Positions 37,180 through 47,325 of a stretch of DNA of 64,000 nt are shown here, in pieces. The translations under genes were made by a program, and so were the position numbers. Below the pieces are notes generated by a model. That model did not search any database and had not been told where the DNA came from. It saw only the letters and a program-made list of their open reading frames with translations. Source of the DNA: Magallana gigas (taxonomy: Eukaryota); contig NC_088858.1 of the NCBI RefSeq assembly GCF_963853765.1, positions 2,170,001-2,234,000 on the forward strand, read 5' to 3'. Each line of letters begins with the position of its first letter. The first letter of the stretch is position 1.

Positions 37180-40100
37180 GAAAATGTTATTAACTGAAAT
37201 ATTAAATTATTAAATATCAGTGAATTCATTAAAAGTGTGTTTTTACTTTTTATTCAATTAAAACAAAAAGAATGCAACTAAAAATGTTACTTTTTGCATA
37301 ACGGATTTAATGTTATCATATTGGTATTTGATCTAATTAAGGACACATTTTGAAACTAATTTTAAATAAGTTATTTTGCTTATATTTTATTATTTGATTC
37401 ATTTTTTTGTTCAAAATTTTGATAACCTTATTTAAGAAAGAACAAATGGATGGCCTTTTTGACACTTGCCTTTACTTAAATATGACACAAAATCGTTCCC
37501 CAGAAAAGGGTTCCTGCGCTGGGGGTTTGTGTTACAATGGTGGACATTGTGATGGTCATACGTCAACAAAGAACTGTTTGTGTCCTCTTGGATTTTCCGG
37601 TGAAAATTGCACAACTGGTGAATATATCAATTTTCTGTTAACATTTATTAAAGATACATCATGCGCAATAATTATTCAAATTATTAAAAATGCGTAAAAT
37701 AATGTTTTCGTATGTACTTCTAGATCATGGCATTCCACAAACAGTCAATCAACATGCTATAAATAACGCAAGTTTTTTTTGTTTTTTCCTTCGCTCGTTT
37801 TTACAGCTATTTTTAGGTCACCTTAGTAAACTCAGGTGACCTATTGCTATCCGTTTTCGTCCGCAGTCGTGCGTCAACAATTTAACATTATTGATTCTTA
37901 AAAACTACAAGGCTAATTTTTGGTGTGAGGCATCTCTATGGTAAGAAGAATCTAAATTGTGAAATTCGTTGCTCTACCACCCCCGGTGCACCACAGGTGG
38001 GGCCAAATATGCAAAAAAAAGCCAAATTTTCAAAAATTTCTAGTCTCCTCCCACAAATGTGAGAAAAAAACTGGTTGCATGGTTATGATATCCATGAAGC
38101 CCTCTACCATAATTGTGATATCCATGGCCCCTGAGGCAGGGGTTCTGGCTCTAGAGTGTGGCCAATATGGCCATATAGTAAAAATGTATTAAATCTGAGA
38201 AAATCTTCTTCTCTACTCCCATATATATTTTTTTGAAAATAAATGTATGATTATGATGTCAGTTAAGCCCTCTACCAAGATTGTGAAATTCAAGACCACT
38301 GTGTCAGGGATTCAGGCTATAGGGTGGAGCCAATATGGCCATATAGTAAAAATCTTCTTCTTTACTCCCAAACATGTGGGCAAAAAACTGAATACATGGT
38401 TATGGTGTCCACTAACTCCTCTACCTAAATTGTGATATCCATGGGGTTGAGTATCAGGGGTTCAGGAAATGGGGGGGGGGGATACGGGAATATAGTGATA
38501 ATGAATATAATGTTTGGGTTTTCACTCTAGGTCAGGGCCAAAATGGATGTATAGGTGTTGATGCAGATAATGTTTAAAAATCATCTTCTTTACTTCCACA
38601 CAGCTGAAAGAAAAACTGAATTCATGATTGTGTAGACCAGATCTTTAGGTTTTTCGCCAAAATTGTAAGTTTCATAGTCCTTTTTGAAAGATTTCAGGCA
38701 GGGAGGTGGTCGTCATTACAAATTTATAATTTTTCTACTCCAGAATAAACCCAATTCAATGAATATATGACACTCCTCGACAAGTTTGTATATGGGTTAT
38801 ATGCTACTCAGGTGACCGTCAAGGCCTTTTGCCCTCTTGTATTGATATGTAAATGATAAACCTCTTCAGCGTGATTTTCTTTTTAATATTTAGTTGTCGT
38901 TTTCAATTATTTTCCCAAAAAATATAAAAAAAATATTATGTAAATTTCATTAAGATAAAGAATTTTACTTTTTTTTGGTCAAGCTTTGACAAGATATCAA
39001 CTGTTTTTAATATCAGAAAAATAGAAAAAAAAATGCCGAAAAAAATATTGCTTACATAACCATATTATCTTTCCAAAAATCACTCAGGACATTCTGAAAA
39101 TAAAATGATTATTTTTGTGCAATACAGCCATTGTTTGGAAACATGCTAGTGCCAAAACAAGTCATTTGTCCGCTGAAAGAAAAGTGCAATATTCAGTTTT
39201 TATTGTCATCAAGAAAAGTGTGAGTTTTTTAATTTTGTTATATTGTGTATGTTTATGTAACATAACGTATACCAATTCATTTCGATGTAATGTAGATCGA
39301 ACCTTTTGAGTATGATTTGTAATCTAAAGTTACAACACCGATGATATCTAATGATGGTATTTTTTCTATGACATTTTTCAAGAAAGCAGTTGTGTTTTAC
39401 AGGTTCAATATTGATATTAAAATTGACTCTTCAAGTATCGAAATAAAGGAAAAGGAGGAAGAAAGAGTATCAAAGGACTTCCTTGTCACGTTGACAATAG
39501 TTCATAAACACACTGGCTCCGATCAGCTGTGTTTGAATTTAACCTCCGGAAATCATAGGTAATTTTCAAAATGTATACATGAGAGTAATCTAAATGCTTT
39601 GCCCTCTCCAACACCATATTATCAATAAAACATTTTTTTTAAACACACTTTTAACTATTATGTAAAATCTTGATCTTCTGTAGAGAAAAGTCCTTAATGG
39701 TTTAGAGAATAATGATGCTTTGAAAATATCTTTACACTCTGCTTTTTATTGTTGAAATAAACAATGACAACAACAAAAACAACCAGCATTTTTAAAAAGA
39801 TTTAAAAATTAAGCAGAAGAGACATTTAATAAAGTAGACAATAAAATTGGTGAATCACAAAATCAAAGATGATATGGACATCTAATGTATGTTTTTGTTC
39901 ATTCTAGCTTGGTAGCAGACAGGTTTTGCTGTGATATTTTCACCGAAGAAACAGGTTAGATTTTCTTTACATGTTGCGACGCTATTATTGCAGAAACCTT
40001 AAGGAATCTATTGATATCAATTTCATATTATTAGTGACTTCCAATGGCGACGCATGCGTGAGTGACAGTGTTGATGATTGCAAAAACCCTTCTGCTCTGA

Positions 40101-43100
40101 AATTTATATGCTCAGATCCGACAACAGCGGAATATTGTCGTAAATCCTGCAAACTATGCGGTAATTGATTAAAACCAATAATATAAGATGTATTGTGGTT
40201 CTTATCTTATTCTTATTTATTCATTTTCATAAAAAATATATCTCAAATCTTTGTCTGTTATAGATAAACAAACAAAGGAAGAGACAGAACAGGTAGTCGA
40301 TCAATGTGTTCCTGTATATCATGGCATTTTTGTGCCGATAGAACTCAATTTTTTCTTCCATAGAATAAAAACATCAAAATGTTGTACATTGTTTAGAATA
40401 TCACCTTGTAATAAAAACAATAATTTATGTACCAATGGCATTAAACTTCTTTATTAAATATAAGTGTGAAAGATCTAAATGCAATTATCCCGTTGTTACG
40501 TTATATTATAAAAAATTATATATGTTTTTTTATACAACTAGACTTATTATGTTCCTTTTTCCTCTAGCTTTTTATTCCCCCGTCACCAACAAACACATCA
40601 GCATACTCATGTTCTCCGGGCTTGGAGTGTCACATGATGCTCTACCTAAAACGAGGCTACAATAATCTCTGGTAATAAAAGCTGATTACCTATTTTATAA
40701 TTAGTTCAATATATTTCCTAATTCAGATTATACGTGTATATTTTGTTTGTTAGCATAAAATGCTTTTTTTGAAAAATCGTGTTTTAATTTTTTTTTCATT
40801 ATCATTCAAACTGCTAGACGTTTTAAAAGACTTCTTCAAATAAAATAAAAATGTGTTTGAATACAATCTTAAGTAGGCTGCTTTTCAACATGCATTATTT
40901 GTCACTATACAAATTGTCCATAGTGTGTTAACGTTGCTCGGCACACCAATGAATTTTTTAATGGGTCGATAAAGAATCATTTTTCTGAAAATGATATTAC
41001 AAAATGACATCAATATCTGCTTTCTATTATTTTATATAGATTTTTTGGTATTTTTTTTTTTACAGAAACAGGTTGCAAACAGGATATTATAAAGCTAAAA
41101 ATTTGTTAAGGAATACATAACAAAGACGGATATATAAACTTTATAATACTTTGTTAAAAAAATAATTATAAAGGTGAAAATCAAGAACTGTAGATATTTT
41201 TAAATCTATGGACAAAACTGCAAATAAACTGTTACTCATATTAAACAAATGTTGTATAATAATATTCAAACAAGAAATTAAAACGAAAAAGTGAAAATAA
41301 AGAAAAATTGGAATATCTTAAAATCAAATAATCACGATTGAAATTAAACTAATCCCGAACGAAATTATATAAAAGTTAGAATGTATCACGTTTACATAAA
41401 TGTCAGGGTGTTTAGGTCTAAAATGGTTTAGTCATTTACCGACATTATAATTCATACAAATTACTCAGAATAAACTGCAGTATTTTTGTAAAATTTAAAT
41501 TTAAAATAATTCTGATTGAGACCAGTTTCTTTTTAATCGGGATCGTTTTAAATTTGATGAACAATATTCTTTCTTAAATTTCGCATTTTTTGTGTAAAGG
41601 ACTATGTGCGGTATGGTCAAATAGCTGTCCCTGATACGCCTGGATGCCTATAACTTTAATCTTGATTTTAGTCATCATTGCTCATTCGGTATTTAATTAT
41701 GACGTCACCTAAATGACCTAATTCCCACAAATTTGCAAACAAATGAAAATATTCTCATTTTTGTTCTATATTTTGCATTCGGGAGTACAGAGCGCAGATC
41801 TGCTCAAGTGCGATTTGAACATATGTTTTTCTTCAGATAGGTATACAAATTAAACTAAAACGTGGTACTTGAGCAAGCCTGCGCTCGATGTTTCCCAGTC
41901 GATAAACCATTGGAAAACACACATATTTTGCTTCAAAACATCAAATTATCAAAATAATGCAATTTTCATGATGTCATTTCTACATTATGACGTCACTGTG
42001 GTGATAACCTTTTACACATTTATTTCCAATATGATTTTAACTATCTTTCACCTTATTTTAATAGCTCTTTCTAAAACTTTGATTTTGAGGCAAAAAATTT
42101 ATAAAACCGCACATAGTCTTTTCTTAGTAGAATACAATATGTTATTCTTCAAATTTTATCCATATATTTAAAAGAAACAATGAATAAAAATTTTGATTTT
42201 CAGAAGATTTAATAATCAAATATTTGACCAAAAGATCTGTGGTTTGTATGAATTCATAATTATATAACACATTAATTGACACCAAGTTTTAGGCTCTAAA
42301 ATGTCCTGCTTGTCCATAAAAGGGCATGGTCACGATTTTGGTAAAAAATTATCTTTCCAATTTTAATGTTTACAATGCTTCAGTAGGGCATTTTCAACAG
42401 GCAACCAAAATTTGAGTGTCATTCGTTCAGTTATAAGCGAGTTACTAAACTTGCAATTCTTTGTTTTGTAAACAAAGCTTTTGTTTATATTTTGAATGTT
42501 GAAGTGAAAATTCCTTTTTTAGACCTAAAATGAATGAGTAGAACGTTATGAACTGTTTATCTATACTTTTAAATGAATAAGAAGAATAGAAAAATCAGCT
42601 TAAAAAAGCTTTTTACTGGTATATTTAACCTTTGTAAACAAAAACAGGACACGAGCCTTGTTTACATGACAAAGATTTGTGAGCCCTTTATCTTGCTTAT
42701 AACTCTACGACTGACATTCAAATTTCATTTGATCATTAGAAATACATTTCTAAATCATTGTAAATAATAAAAACAGAAAAATGGAATTTGACCAAAATCA
42801 TGACCATGCTTAGATTGATCTCTGTTTTATGGAATCATCTTTTAAAACAAGATTCTGCATCGATTCATCAAATAAAGTTTGGTGTGTCGAGAAACCTTAA
42901 AGGAAAACACGAATTCTAGGTCTAATTAAGAGGGCTAAATGGTTGTGGCCATTCACAGACTGTATTGATCTCTTTTAAAAGAAGCTCTCTATATAATAAA
43001 TAGGAAATTTACTAAATAATTTATAGCTAAAAAAAAACCCCATATCTTACAATTTTAGGTCGATCTGTTGGTTATTTGTCAATATTTGAGCCCCCTTCGA

Positions 43101-45038
43101 CCAAGCAGGGAAAAAGTACTTTTTTGCTCACATATCGTTCAGACAACAATATCGATAGAAATATTAGAAAGCTTTAAATAAAAAGGTACAAAGGTCAGAA
43201 AATCAAATCCAAGTTTTTCAGGACCTTGGAACAATTGTTGGCATTTCGGGTTACCTCTTTTTTTTTATCAAATACGAAGGCCCGTACATAGCAAAATAAG
43301 GAAAATTAATAGAATACTGTATACAGGGATATCATCGCCCCCGTTTAATTTTCGCCCCATTCGGCCTCGTTTTCAGTGGGCGAGTTTAAGACTTGGTGAA
43401 TTCCAATTTCCAAATCACAACTTTGGCTGGGTGAATTCAAGACAGGACGAAACCGTCTACAAGTGAAAAAGTAGGAAATAACATGAGGTAAAAATAAACC
43501 ATGTATACAATATTTCATACCCGAGGATATAATAAGAAGTGTCATAATTATATCACTGCTAAGTCAGTGTTACTTCATTGTTAGAGATAGTTAATCAAAC
43601 ATTTCAGGTGATGGCGAAACCTACGTTAACGTCGGTATTTACTTGATTGAGCATCAACATGCACGATGAAAACTAAACTTGGCCACCTTAAATGCGTTAT
43701 CATATTCAACACTCACTTGTCTGCTTCTTTTTTACTCCAGCCCCGAGGTTTCCGTTATTCCCTCCGTCGGCGCCTCTGTTCACGTCTTCAACAATTCCGA
43801 CTGCAATGTATGTTCCGTGGATGTACTGATTAAATTATCCCTGTCTCATCCTGGCCAGAGGCTGCAACAGTGTCTACAGGCGACTGACTACGACTTTGGG
43901 TAAACATTTAAGGAAAAAGGAATCATGTTTTGAGTATTACGAGGTACTCAAATACGGTCAAGAATGATCAAATCCCGGAAAGCTCTTTGATAGATTTGAT
44001 AATGTCCGGCCGTATTTGATCACCTCATTATATTCAAATAATAATTCCTTATTACTTTCATAAATTATAGCAATTGTACGAATAAATATTAAACTAGTCA
44101 GTGATGGAGTGGATTGGAATATACGTTAACGTTACGTTACAAAACTGTAGCCCTTTTCACAAAAAATCTTAAGGTTTTGCGTAAGATTTTAACTTAAGAA
44201 TATCTTACGAGAAATCTTAAGTGCTTTTCACGAACGCATTCGTAACAGATTTCACTTAAGAATTTACTTACGAGTTATTCTTTCCCTAGCAACGATTTGA
44301 ATTCACTTAATAATTCTTATAGAACAGGAGAAACATATAAATAAACCAACATTCTCTACAAAAGGATGCAAAACTGAAATTATATACCACTAACATCGAG
44401 TGAAATCAATGTGATGTAGTAGAAATCAAAATATGACGTCACAATCACAATGTGTGTTTAGTGTGACGTAGGAAAGTATTAGAACAAAAATTTGAGGTAA
44501 AATTTTTTGTTGAATTTATTTGTGTATTTTTTCAACTATTACTGCTATATAATGCGAAATAACGGCATAATGCGGCTCAGAACATCATATTTAGCTGTTT
44601 TTCTTGTTTATTTTACATAACAAGATTATTATTTACAGTTTTGAAATACTTACGAGAGGGTATGTGCTATCGTAAAGTTACGACAAATTTTACACGTAAG
44701 AATCTCATAAGATGTTTTGTGAAAATGAACAAAAACTTAAGTTTTCACTTACGATAAGAATCAATCGTAAGATTTTTTGTGAAAAGGGCTACTGATTCGT
44801 AGTGTTATTACAGACAAAGACACTAAAAATCGTAACAAATATAGACAGAACTTTAAGATCACACATTCATGTAAATAATGGACATTATCAATCATTTAAG
44901 CTAAAATCTTGTTTTTAAAAACCACAAGTGGATATTCATTACCGGACTACATGACTTTGTATGTATGTATTTTTAATCAACTTCAAATAAACAGGTCCAT
45001 GGAGAGACGATGTTACTTTTTGGAAAACGTTCAGCACA
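53..45038 (+). CDS. Large secreted/extracellular mosaic protein, 5'-partial: 11 copies of an unnamed Cys-containing ~100-aa domain (X; possibly Ig/cadherin-like fold) + 9 EGF-like exons + ShK domain; 3' end not resolved
   Basis: Hand-traced exons with AG acceptors and GT donors (one GC donor) and matching phases: 53-214, 329-375, 2057-2170, 2500-2622, 2876-2956, 3071-3082, 3659-3760, 4443-4477, 5191-5282, 5466-5657, 17863-17921, 18004-18014, 18291-18415, 18663-18794, 18877-18929, 19064-19171, 23673-23710, 23810-23907, 23991-24152, 24275-24324, 24411-24433, 24792-24907, 25000-25152, 26411-26463, 26599-26712, 28206-28237, 28364-28473, 28560-28712, <=32133-32170 (acceptor in N gap), 32273-32355, 32456-32556, 32829-32987, 33339-33385, 33490-33603, 33738-33869, 33976-34095, 34403-34440, 34719-34816, 34985-35146, 35340-35389, 35471-35493, 35611-35726, 36508-36651, 36919-36977, 37504-37617, 37724-37767, 39128-39219, 39403-39558, 39908-39954, 40035-40160, 40264-40292, 40568-40671, 43741-43899, 44995-45038. 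Sum 4949 nt, open throughout. No transcript evidence is available. Confidence 0.8.
1199..1939. mobile_element. MITE with 161-bp TIRs and probable TA TSD
   Basis: 1199-1359 is the imperfect reverse complement of 1779-1939; TA on both flanks (1197-1198, 1940-1941); internal (TTTC)n tract. Confidence 0.8.
1409..1477. repeat. (TTTC)n microsatellite
   Basis: Direct inspection. Confidence 0.95.
2057..2956 (+). CDS. EGF-like exon cluster 1 of the mosaic gene (two full EGF exons + one truncated 4-Cys EGF exon)
   Basis: Phase 1-1 exons: DPCEFKPCQNNGVCTSYKDRSGFTCSCSQRHEGTLCEK (2057-2170); VIKFCHQKPCVGTNNCIDVSPPPYFFCMPCPSGKTGIRCDV (2500-2622); DIDLCNPTPCNGNDICQQENSTFQCQS (2876-2956). Confidence 0.9.
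3539..3602. repeat. (CA)n microsatellite
   Basis: Direct inspection. Confidence 0.95.
3659..3760 (+). CDS. Cys-rich (6 Cys, EB/EGF-like) exon of the mosaic gene
   Basis: Phase 1-1, 102 bp: QCPNTCVNSEKIVCVGNQCICALKMNKNETCMS; donor GTAAGT at 3761. Confidence 0.75.
6535..6887 (-). mobile_element. DIRS/Ngaro-like remnant, continuation of RT on the far side of the BEL insertion
   Basis: Minus strand reads DAYYSYNVCQDDRKYLRFYWKGK*LQYTCLAMGLASAPQIFTKLLKPV...A*IDDSLLI...GFTINDDKS; it joins in frame with the 14534 segment across the TSD. Confidence 0.85.
6888..7451 (+). repeat. 5' LTR of the BEL/Pao element (564 bp)
   Basis: Starts TGTGGTGAATTC, ends ACGGCACA; AATAAA at 7406; differs from the 3' LTR by 5 substitutions and one 6-bp indel (manual comparison). 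Confidence 0.97.
7488..13788 (+). pseudogene. BEL/Pao gag-pol polyprotein broken by frameshifts, stops and an internal duplication
   Basis: DUF1759-like SKFDDDPIMYVSWKKGF; three Cys/His knuckles (CPLHKNSSHSLNDC, CFKCCSGKKHRAKNC, CSVCQTSLHPTALH); protease AIIDDQSNRSL; RT FYVDD; RNase H HIFSDAS; integrase GVDAFGP/SDRGTNF/GGAWERLIG; C-terminal WKLVQKLADDFW. Frameshifts near 8750 and 10200; stops at 12151, 12679 and 13168. Confidence 0.93.
10924..11521 (+). repeat. Tandem duplication of 299 bp within the BEL RT/RNase H region
   Basis: 10924-11222 repeated at 11223-11521 with 3 substitutions; 299 is not a multiple of 3, so it causes a frameshift. Confidence 0.92.
13976..14533 (+). repeat. 3' LTR of the BEL/Pao element (558 bp)
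   Basis: Direct repeat of 6888-7451, preceded by the polypurine tract and followed by TSD AGCGT. Confidence 0.97.
14534..16220 (-). mobile_element. DIRS/Ngaro-like tyrosine-recombinase retrotransposon remnant, 5' part (ORF1 + start of RT)
   Basis: Minus-strand decayed ORF1 from about 15965 (MSEYTEHSEMAAG...; downstream QRRREFII...PVTDKLFG) and RT N-terminus (FISNIFVRPKK...RVILNLKHLN...ETLSSAINLVSKNCNFASIDLQDA). Confidence 0.85.
19064..19171 (+). CDS. EGF-like exon of the mosaic gene
   Basis: QCISNPCLNNGDCQTESSGKSRCDCPYGFWGIYCEK, 108 bp, phase 1-1. Confidence 0.9.
19331..19439 (+). pseudogene. Decayed EGF pseudo-exon inside the mosaic gene
   Basis: Retains acceptor (ttaattacag) and donor (gtaatg); 109 bp. 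Remnant reading GF*NNHSY..NKAVCFTNNKTFGCL*..GFTG.TCSC has stops and indels and resembles the EGF exon at 33976. Confidence 0.6.
19760..22366. mobile_element. Non-autonomous foldback-like DNA transposon, 2607 bp, 6-bp TSD
   Basis: Termini TGTTGCAACC...GGTTGCAACA; TSD CACCAT at 19754-19759 and 22367-22372; imperfect modular TIRs of about 90 bp; interior rich in the palindrome CCACTATTGAAATAAATTATTTCAATAGTGG; no convincing ORF. Confidence 0.8.
25190..25776. mobile_element. MITE-like element with 11-bp subterminal repeats (CTTAAAGGTGG type)
   Basis: Left end TCCTTAAAGATCGCTTAAAGATGCTTAAAGG, right end CCACCTTTAAGCCACCTTTAAGGA; several units in both orientations at 25605-25770; no TSD found. Confidence 0.6.
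26599..26712 (+). CDS. EGF-like exon of the mosaic gene
   Basis: VKGSCTGRVCYNGGFCDGSLSVPRCRCRSGFSGEDCSL, 114 bp, phase 1-1; paralogous to 37504-37617. Confidence 0.9.
   Translation, partial: LKDHALEEFVTMADFVTEVCLFLDVGVDLDSLAKIAL
29378..29414 (-). ncRNA. Mirror copy of the candidate hammerhead ribozyme
   Basis: Exact reverse complement of 31854-31890 within the inverted arm. Confidence 0.55.
30461..31626 (+). CDS. Penelope-like RT C-terminal half + GIY-YIG endonuclease (5'-truncated)
   Basis: ORF track 30577..31626 extends upstream in frame to the inversion junction; YLDD catalytic motif and GIY-YIG-type YIG motif. Confidence 0.85.
31854..31890 (+). ncRNA. Candidate minimal type I hammerhead ribozyme in the Penelope 3' region
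   Basis: AAACTC-CTGATGA-tttaaaat-GAAA-CTAG-T-T-GAGTTT: perfect 6-bp helix I, conserved core, palindromic CTAG helix III; helix II weak; cleavage triplet GUU. Confidence 0.6.
31915..31957. repeat. (TA)n microsatellite at the Penelope 3' end
   Basis: Direct inspection. Confidence 0.9.
31978..32132. other. Assembly gap
   Basis: Run of N; it hides the acceptor of the exon ending at 32170. Confidence 1.
32565..32652. repeat. (TC)n microsatellite
   Basis: Direct inspection. Confidence 0.95.
33490..34095 (+). CDS. EGF-like exon cluster (three exons) of the mosaic gene
   Basis: NPCESSPCQHKGQCLALNAKTEFACSCRYGYTGKICET; IETRPCSFSDTCFGGSTCVPVRSEPFFRCICPSGKTGVRCDVDD; GYREHCDNSSICGNNAACHSVNQTMLCVCRLGYKGPTCSI; all phase 1-1. 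Confidence 0.9.
35742..36390. mobile_element. Helentron/HINE-type non-autonomous element with internal ~165-bp tandem repeats
   Basis: T-rich start, TGTC(C/T) microsatellite (ctgtccgtctgtctgtccg), 3-4 copies of an AAATTTTCGTCAA..GATTTCTCAGCAAC unit, 3' palindrome region ending in ttgtt. Confidence 0.75.
37128..37175. repeat. (GA)n microsatellite
   Basis: Direct inspection. Confidence 0.95.
37504..37617 (+). CDS. EGF-like exon of the mosaic gene
   Basis: KKGSCAGGLCYNGGHCDGHTSTKNCLCPLGFSGENCTT, 114 bp, phase 1-1. Confidence 0.9.
37810..38840. mobile_element. Helentron/HINE-type element carrying satellite-like repeats (resembles oyster Cg170-bearing elements)
   Basis: Start TTTTTAGGTCACCT...CTCAGGTGACCTATTGCTAT...CGTCCG; repeated AATCTTCTTC..TACTCCC units; end CTCAGGTGACCGTCAAGGCC..GCCCTCTTGT. 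The family name is from recall. Confidence 0.8.
40035..40160 (+). CDS. ShK (ShKT) domain exon of the mosaic gene
   Basis: VTSNGDACVSDSVDDCKNPSALKFICSDPTTAEYCRKSCKLC: six Cys with the ShK C-terminal CxxxCxxC signature; 126 bp, phase 1-1. Confidence 0.85.
42321..42810. mobile_element. MITE with TIR GGGCATGGTCACGATTTTGGT (Kolobok-like, common in oysters)
   Basis: Left AGGGCATGGTCACGATTTTGGTAAAA, right TTTGACCAAAATCATGACCATGCT; a related 5' fragment lies near 3305-3480. Confidence 0.75.
43315..43512. mobile_element. Short MITE with TACTGTATACAGGG-type TIRs
   Basis: Left TACTGTATACAGGG, right CCATGTATACAATA; two internal GGTGAATTC-type repeats. Confidence 0.65.
43917..44050. mobile_element. Short inverted-repeat (hairpin) element
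   Basis: About 43-bp imperfect inverted arms AAGGAATCATGTTTTGAGTATTACGAGGTACTCAAATACGG; related to the element at 51628. Confidence 0.55.
44145..44794. mobile_element. MITE, 650 bp, TIR C(T/A)GTAGCCCTTTTCACAAAAAATCTTA
   Basis: About 27-bp TIR with one mismatch; subterminal CTTACG/CGTAAG repeats. Confidence 0.8.
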
Positions 45039-46311
45039 GTGAGTTATGAACAAAATTGTTTTATATAAGTTACGTTATTGTCGTAGACGGATAGAGCTAT
45101 TTCGGATTTAAAATTAACAAATTTAGGTAGGTCCCTACTCAGGATTTTTGTGGTTAAAGTAAGGTTTTTTTTTCATTAATCAAGTAGAATAATACCTTAC
45201 GTTATAAAAAAGCCCCAAAAATACATGCCTTAACTATTTACTTTGATCACTAGAGACTCCAGTGGATGCATACCCCCTTCTTCGATCACATGATTTCAAC
45301 CAAAATCATTATTTGGCTCATATTAAAAAAATATCAAAGCAAAACAAAGATTCAAATGTTTTAATTAATCATAAATAATGAAACAAAGTCATAACAGGTG
45401 TGATTATCATTATTTGATTGATTAAATTTTTTACCATTTTTTAAACTTTCAAATATTAGATTTATGTCTACTGCAACTAAAAAGCAAAAAAAAATATAGG
45501 ACTTCACATGCTTCTTTTTTTCTACGACCTTTAGAACACATATACCCCCTTATCAAATGCAGCTAAAAAAGTGTCACGAACACAATTTAAAAATACATCA
45601 GAAAACAGCATTTTATTTCATTGCTTTGATAAACCCTAAAATTCTTCTTTCAAAACTACATGTATTGAGTACAAATAAATTTTTTGGATAAACAGTACCT
45701 TTCCTCTGCATAGATAAACACAAACGTACTAAAATCTCAGTACAAAAATTCACGATTTCCAACTATTGGACTCAATAAGATCAAAACATTTATATACTTG
45801 TAGACATTATTTACACTTGACTGCTTCTATCAAATTCAGAATTATCAATTAAACATTAAAAATAAGGGGAAAAAGGGTAAATCCGAACAAATATCGTTTT
45901 CGATTTTAAAGCTTATTATATCTGCTACATTGATGACGCGTCTGAGTAGGGATCCACCTTAAATTAATCAAAATAAAAAAAACAACTAAATTATAGTGTA
46001 ATCTAAAATTGTCACAAAATGTAATTTCTTTAAACAGCTTCCCCCTAAATGACCATAACAATGCGGCATTAGTTCACGGAAGACTAACCACAACGAACGC
46101 ATCTCTTGAAAGCTGTGTTTCTATGTAATCGGACAACTGTATATCTTCTTTTGAATGTGTAAAATGTAGTTGTACATAGATATACATATCTTTTGTCTTA
46201 ATTACAAATTACTACTGATAAATTATGAATATAATTAATTTTTAGAAGCACTAATTCTGATGAATACTGTATATATATTTTATTTTCAAAACAAGATACA
46301 TGTGAATTAAT

Positions 46312-46756
46312 ACATTGACTTCAATCTATCAATACGTTTTTATAATTGTTACTTTTTGATAACCTTTTGTTTGCTTATATATGTCAATATAGCCTAAAAT
46401 ATATTAAATTTTATGTGTACCTAATCTATATTAAAAGAAATGCATTTCATTCTGTGTTGGAATTTGTTGAAAAATGTATCATTTACACTTCCGGTAAATA
46501 ACTGTTTTAAATATTTAAAAATGATATTTATCTAACATTGACTTCAATCTATCAATACGTTTTTATAATTGTTACTTTTTGATAACCTTTTGTTTGCTTA
46601 TATATGTCAATAAAGCCTAAAATATATTAAATTTTATGTGTGCCTAATCTATATTAAAAGAAATGCATTTTCTATCTGTGTTGGAATTTGTTAAAAATGT
46701 ACCATTTAAACTTCCGGTAAATAACAGTTTTAAATGTTTAAAAATGATATTTATCT
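46312..46756. repeat. Tandem duplication, 2 x 223 bp
   Basis: ACATTGACTTCAATCTATCAATACG... at 46312 and 46535; few substitutions between copies. Confidence 0.9.
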
Positions 46757-47325
46757 TTTAGTGGGATGCCAGTGAATTTCTTACAAGGAACCCAATGTAA
46801 AATAATGTGCTCGAAATGAAGTTACTACTAATCGCAATAGAGTCAGAAACATTGATTTAATTGAGTTATACAATAATCAATAACACCTTACACAACTGAA
46901 AGCAATGAATATAAACAAATATGGAAACAAATCAACAGACATCAAATTTAGGGGGGATATGAAGGTGGCAACATTGCAGAAAAAATACAAAACCCGTGTT
47001 AGCGGATAATATATTTTTTCTGCAATGATCGCTTAAGGTTTCGACCAATTAATAAACGGGACGTTTAGATTTTAGTCCTGTCAGTTTCTGCAGAGCTATG
47101 AATTGTTATTTATTTCCTTCAGAAATAACGGTAATCATGCTTTGTGGACGTAAATATATAACAATGAATTCTTACCTTTGTATTAATTTTGTCTAATGAC
47201 TTTTAACCTTTAATCTTTTAGATTGGCAAAACTAATTTAATCATAAAAGTAAGAAATACATTTTAAGCTGAAATCAAGTTTAGATCTCTTTAAAGTGCTC
47301 ATGAATTCAGGAAAGACGACGTTAA

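Noticed and set aside
43760-43870. Apparent minus-strand exon (YIHGTYIAVGIVEDVNRGADGG...) with AG/GT ends
   Set aside because: It is the antisense of the X-domain exon 43741-43899, which fits motif and phase on the + strand.
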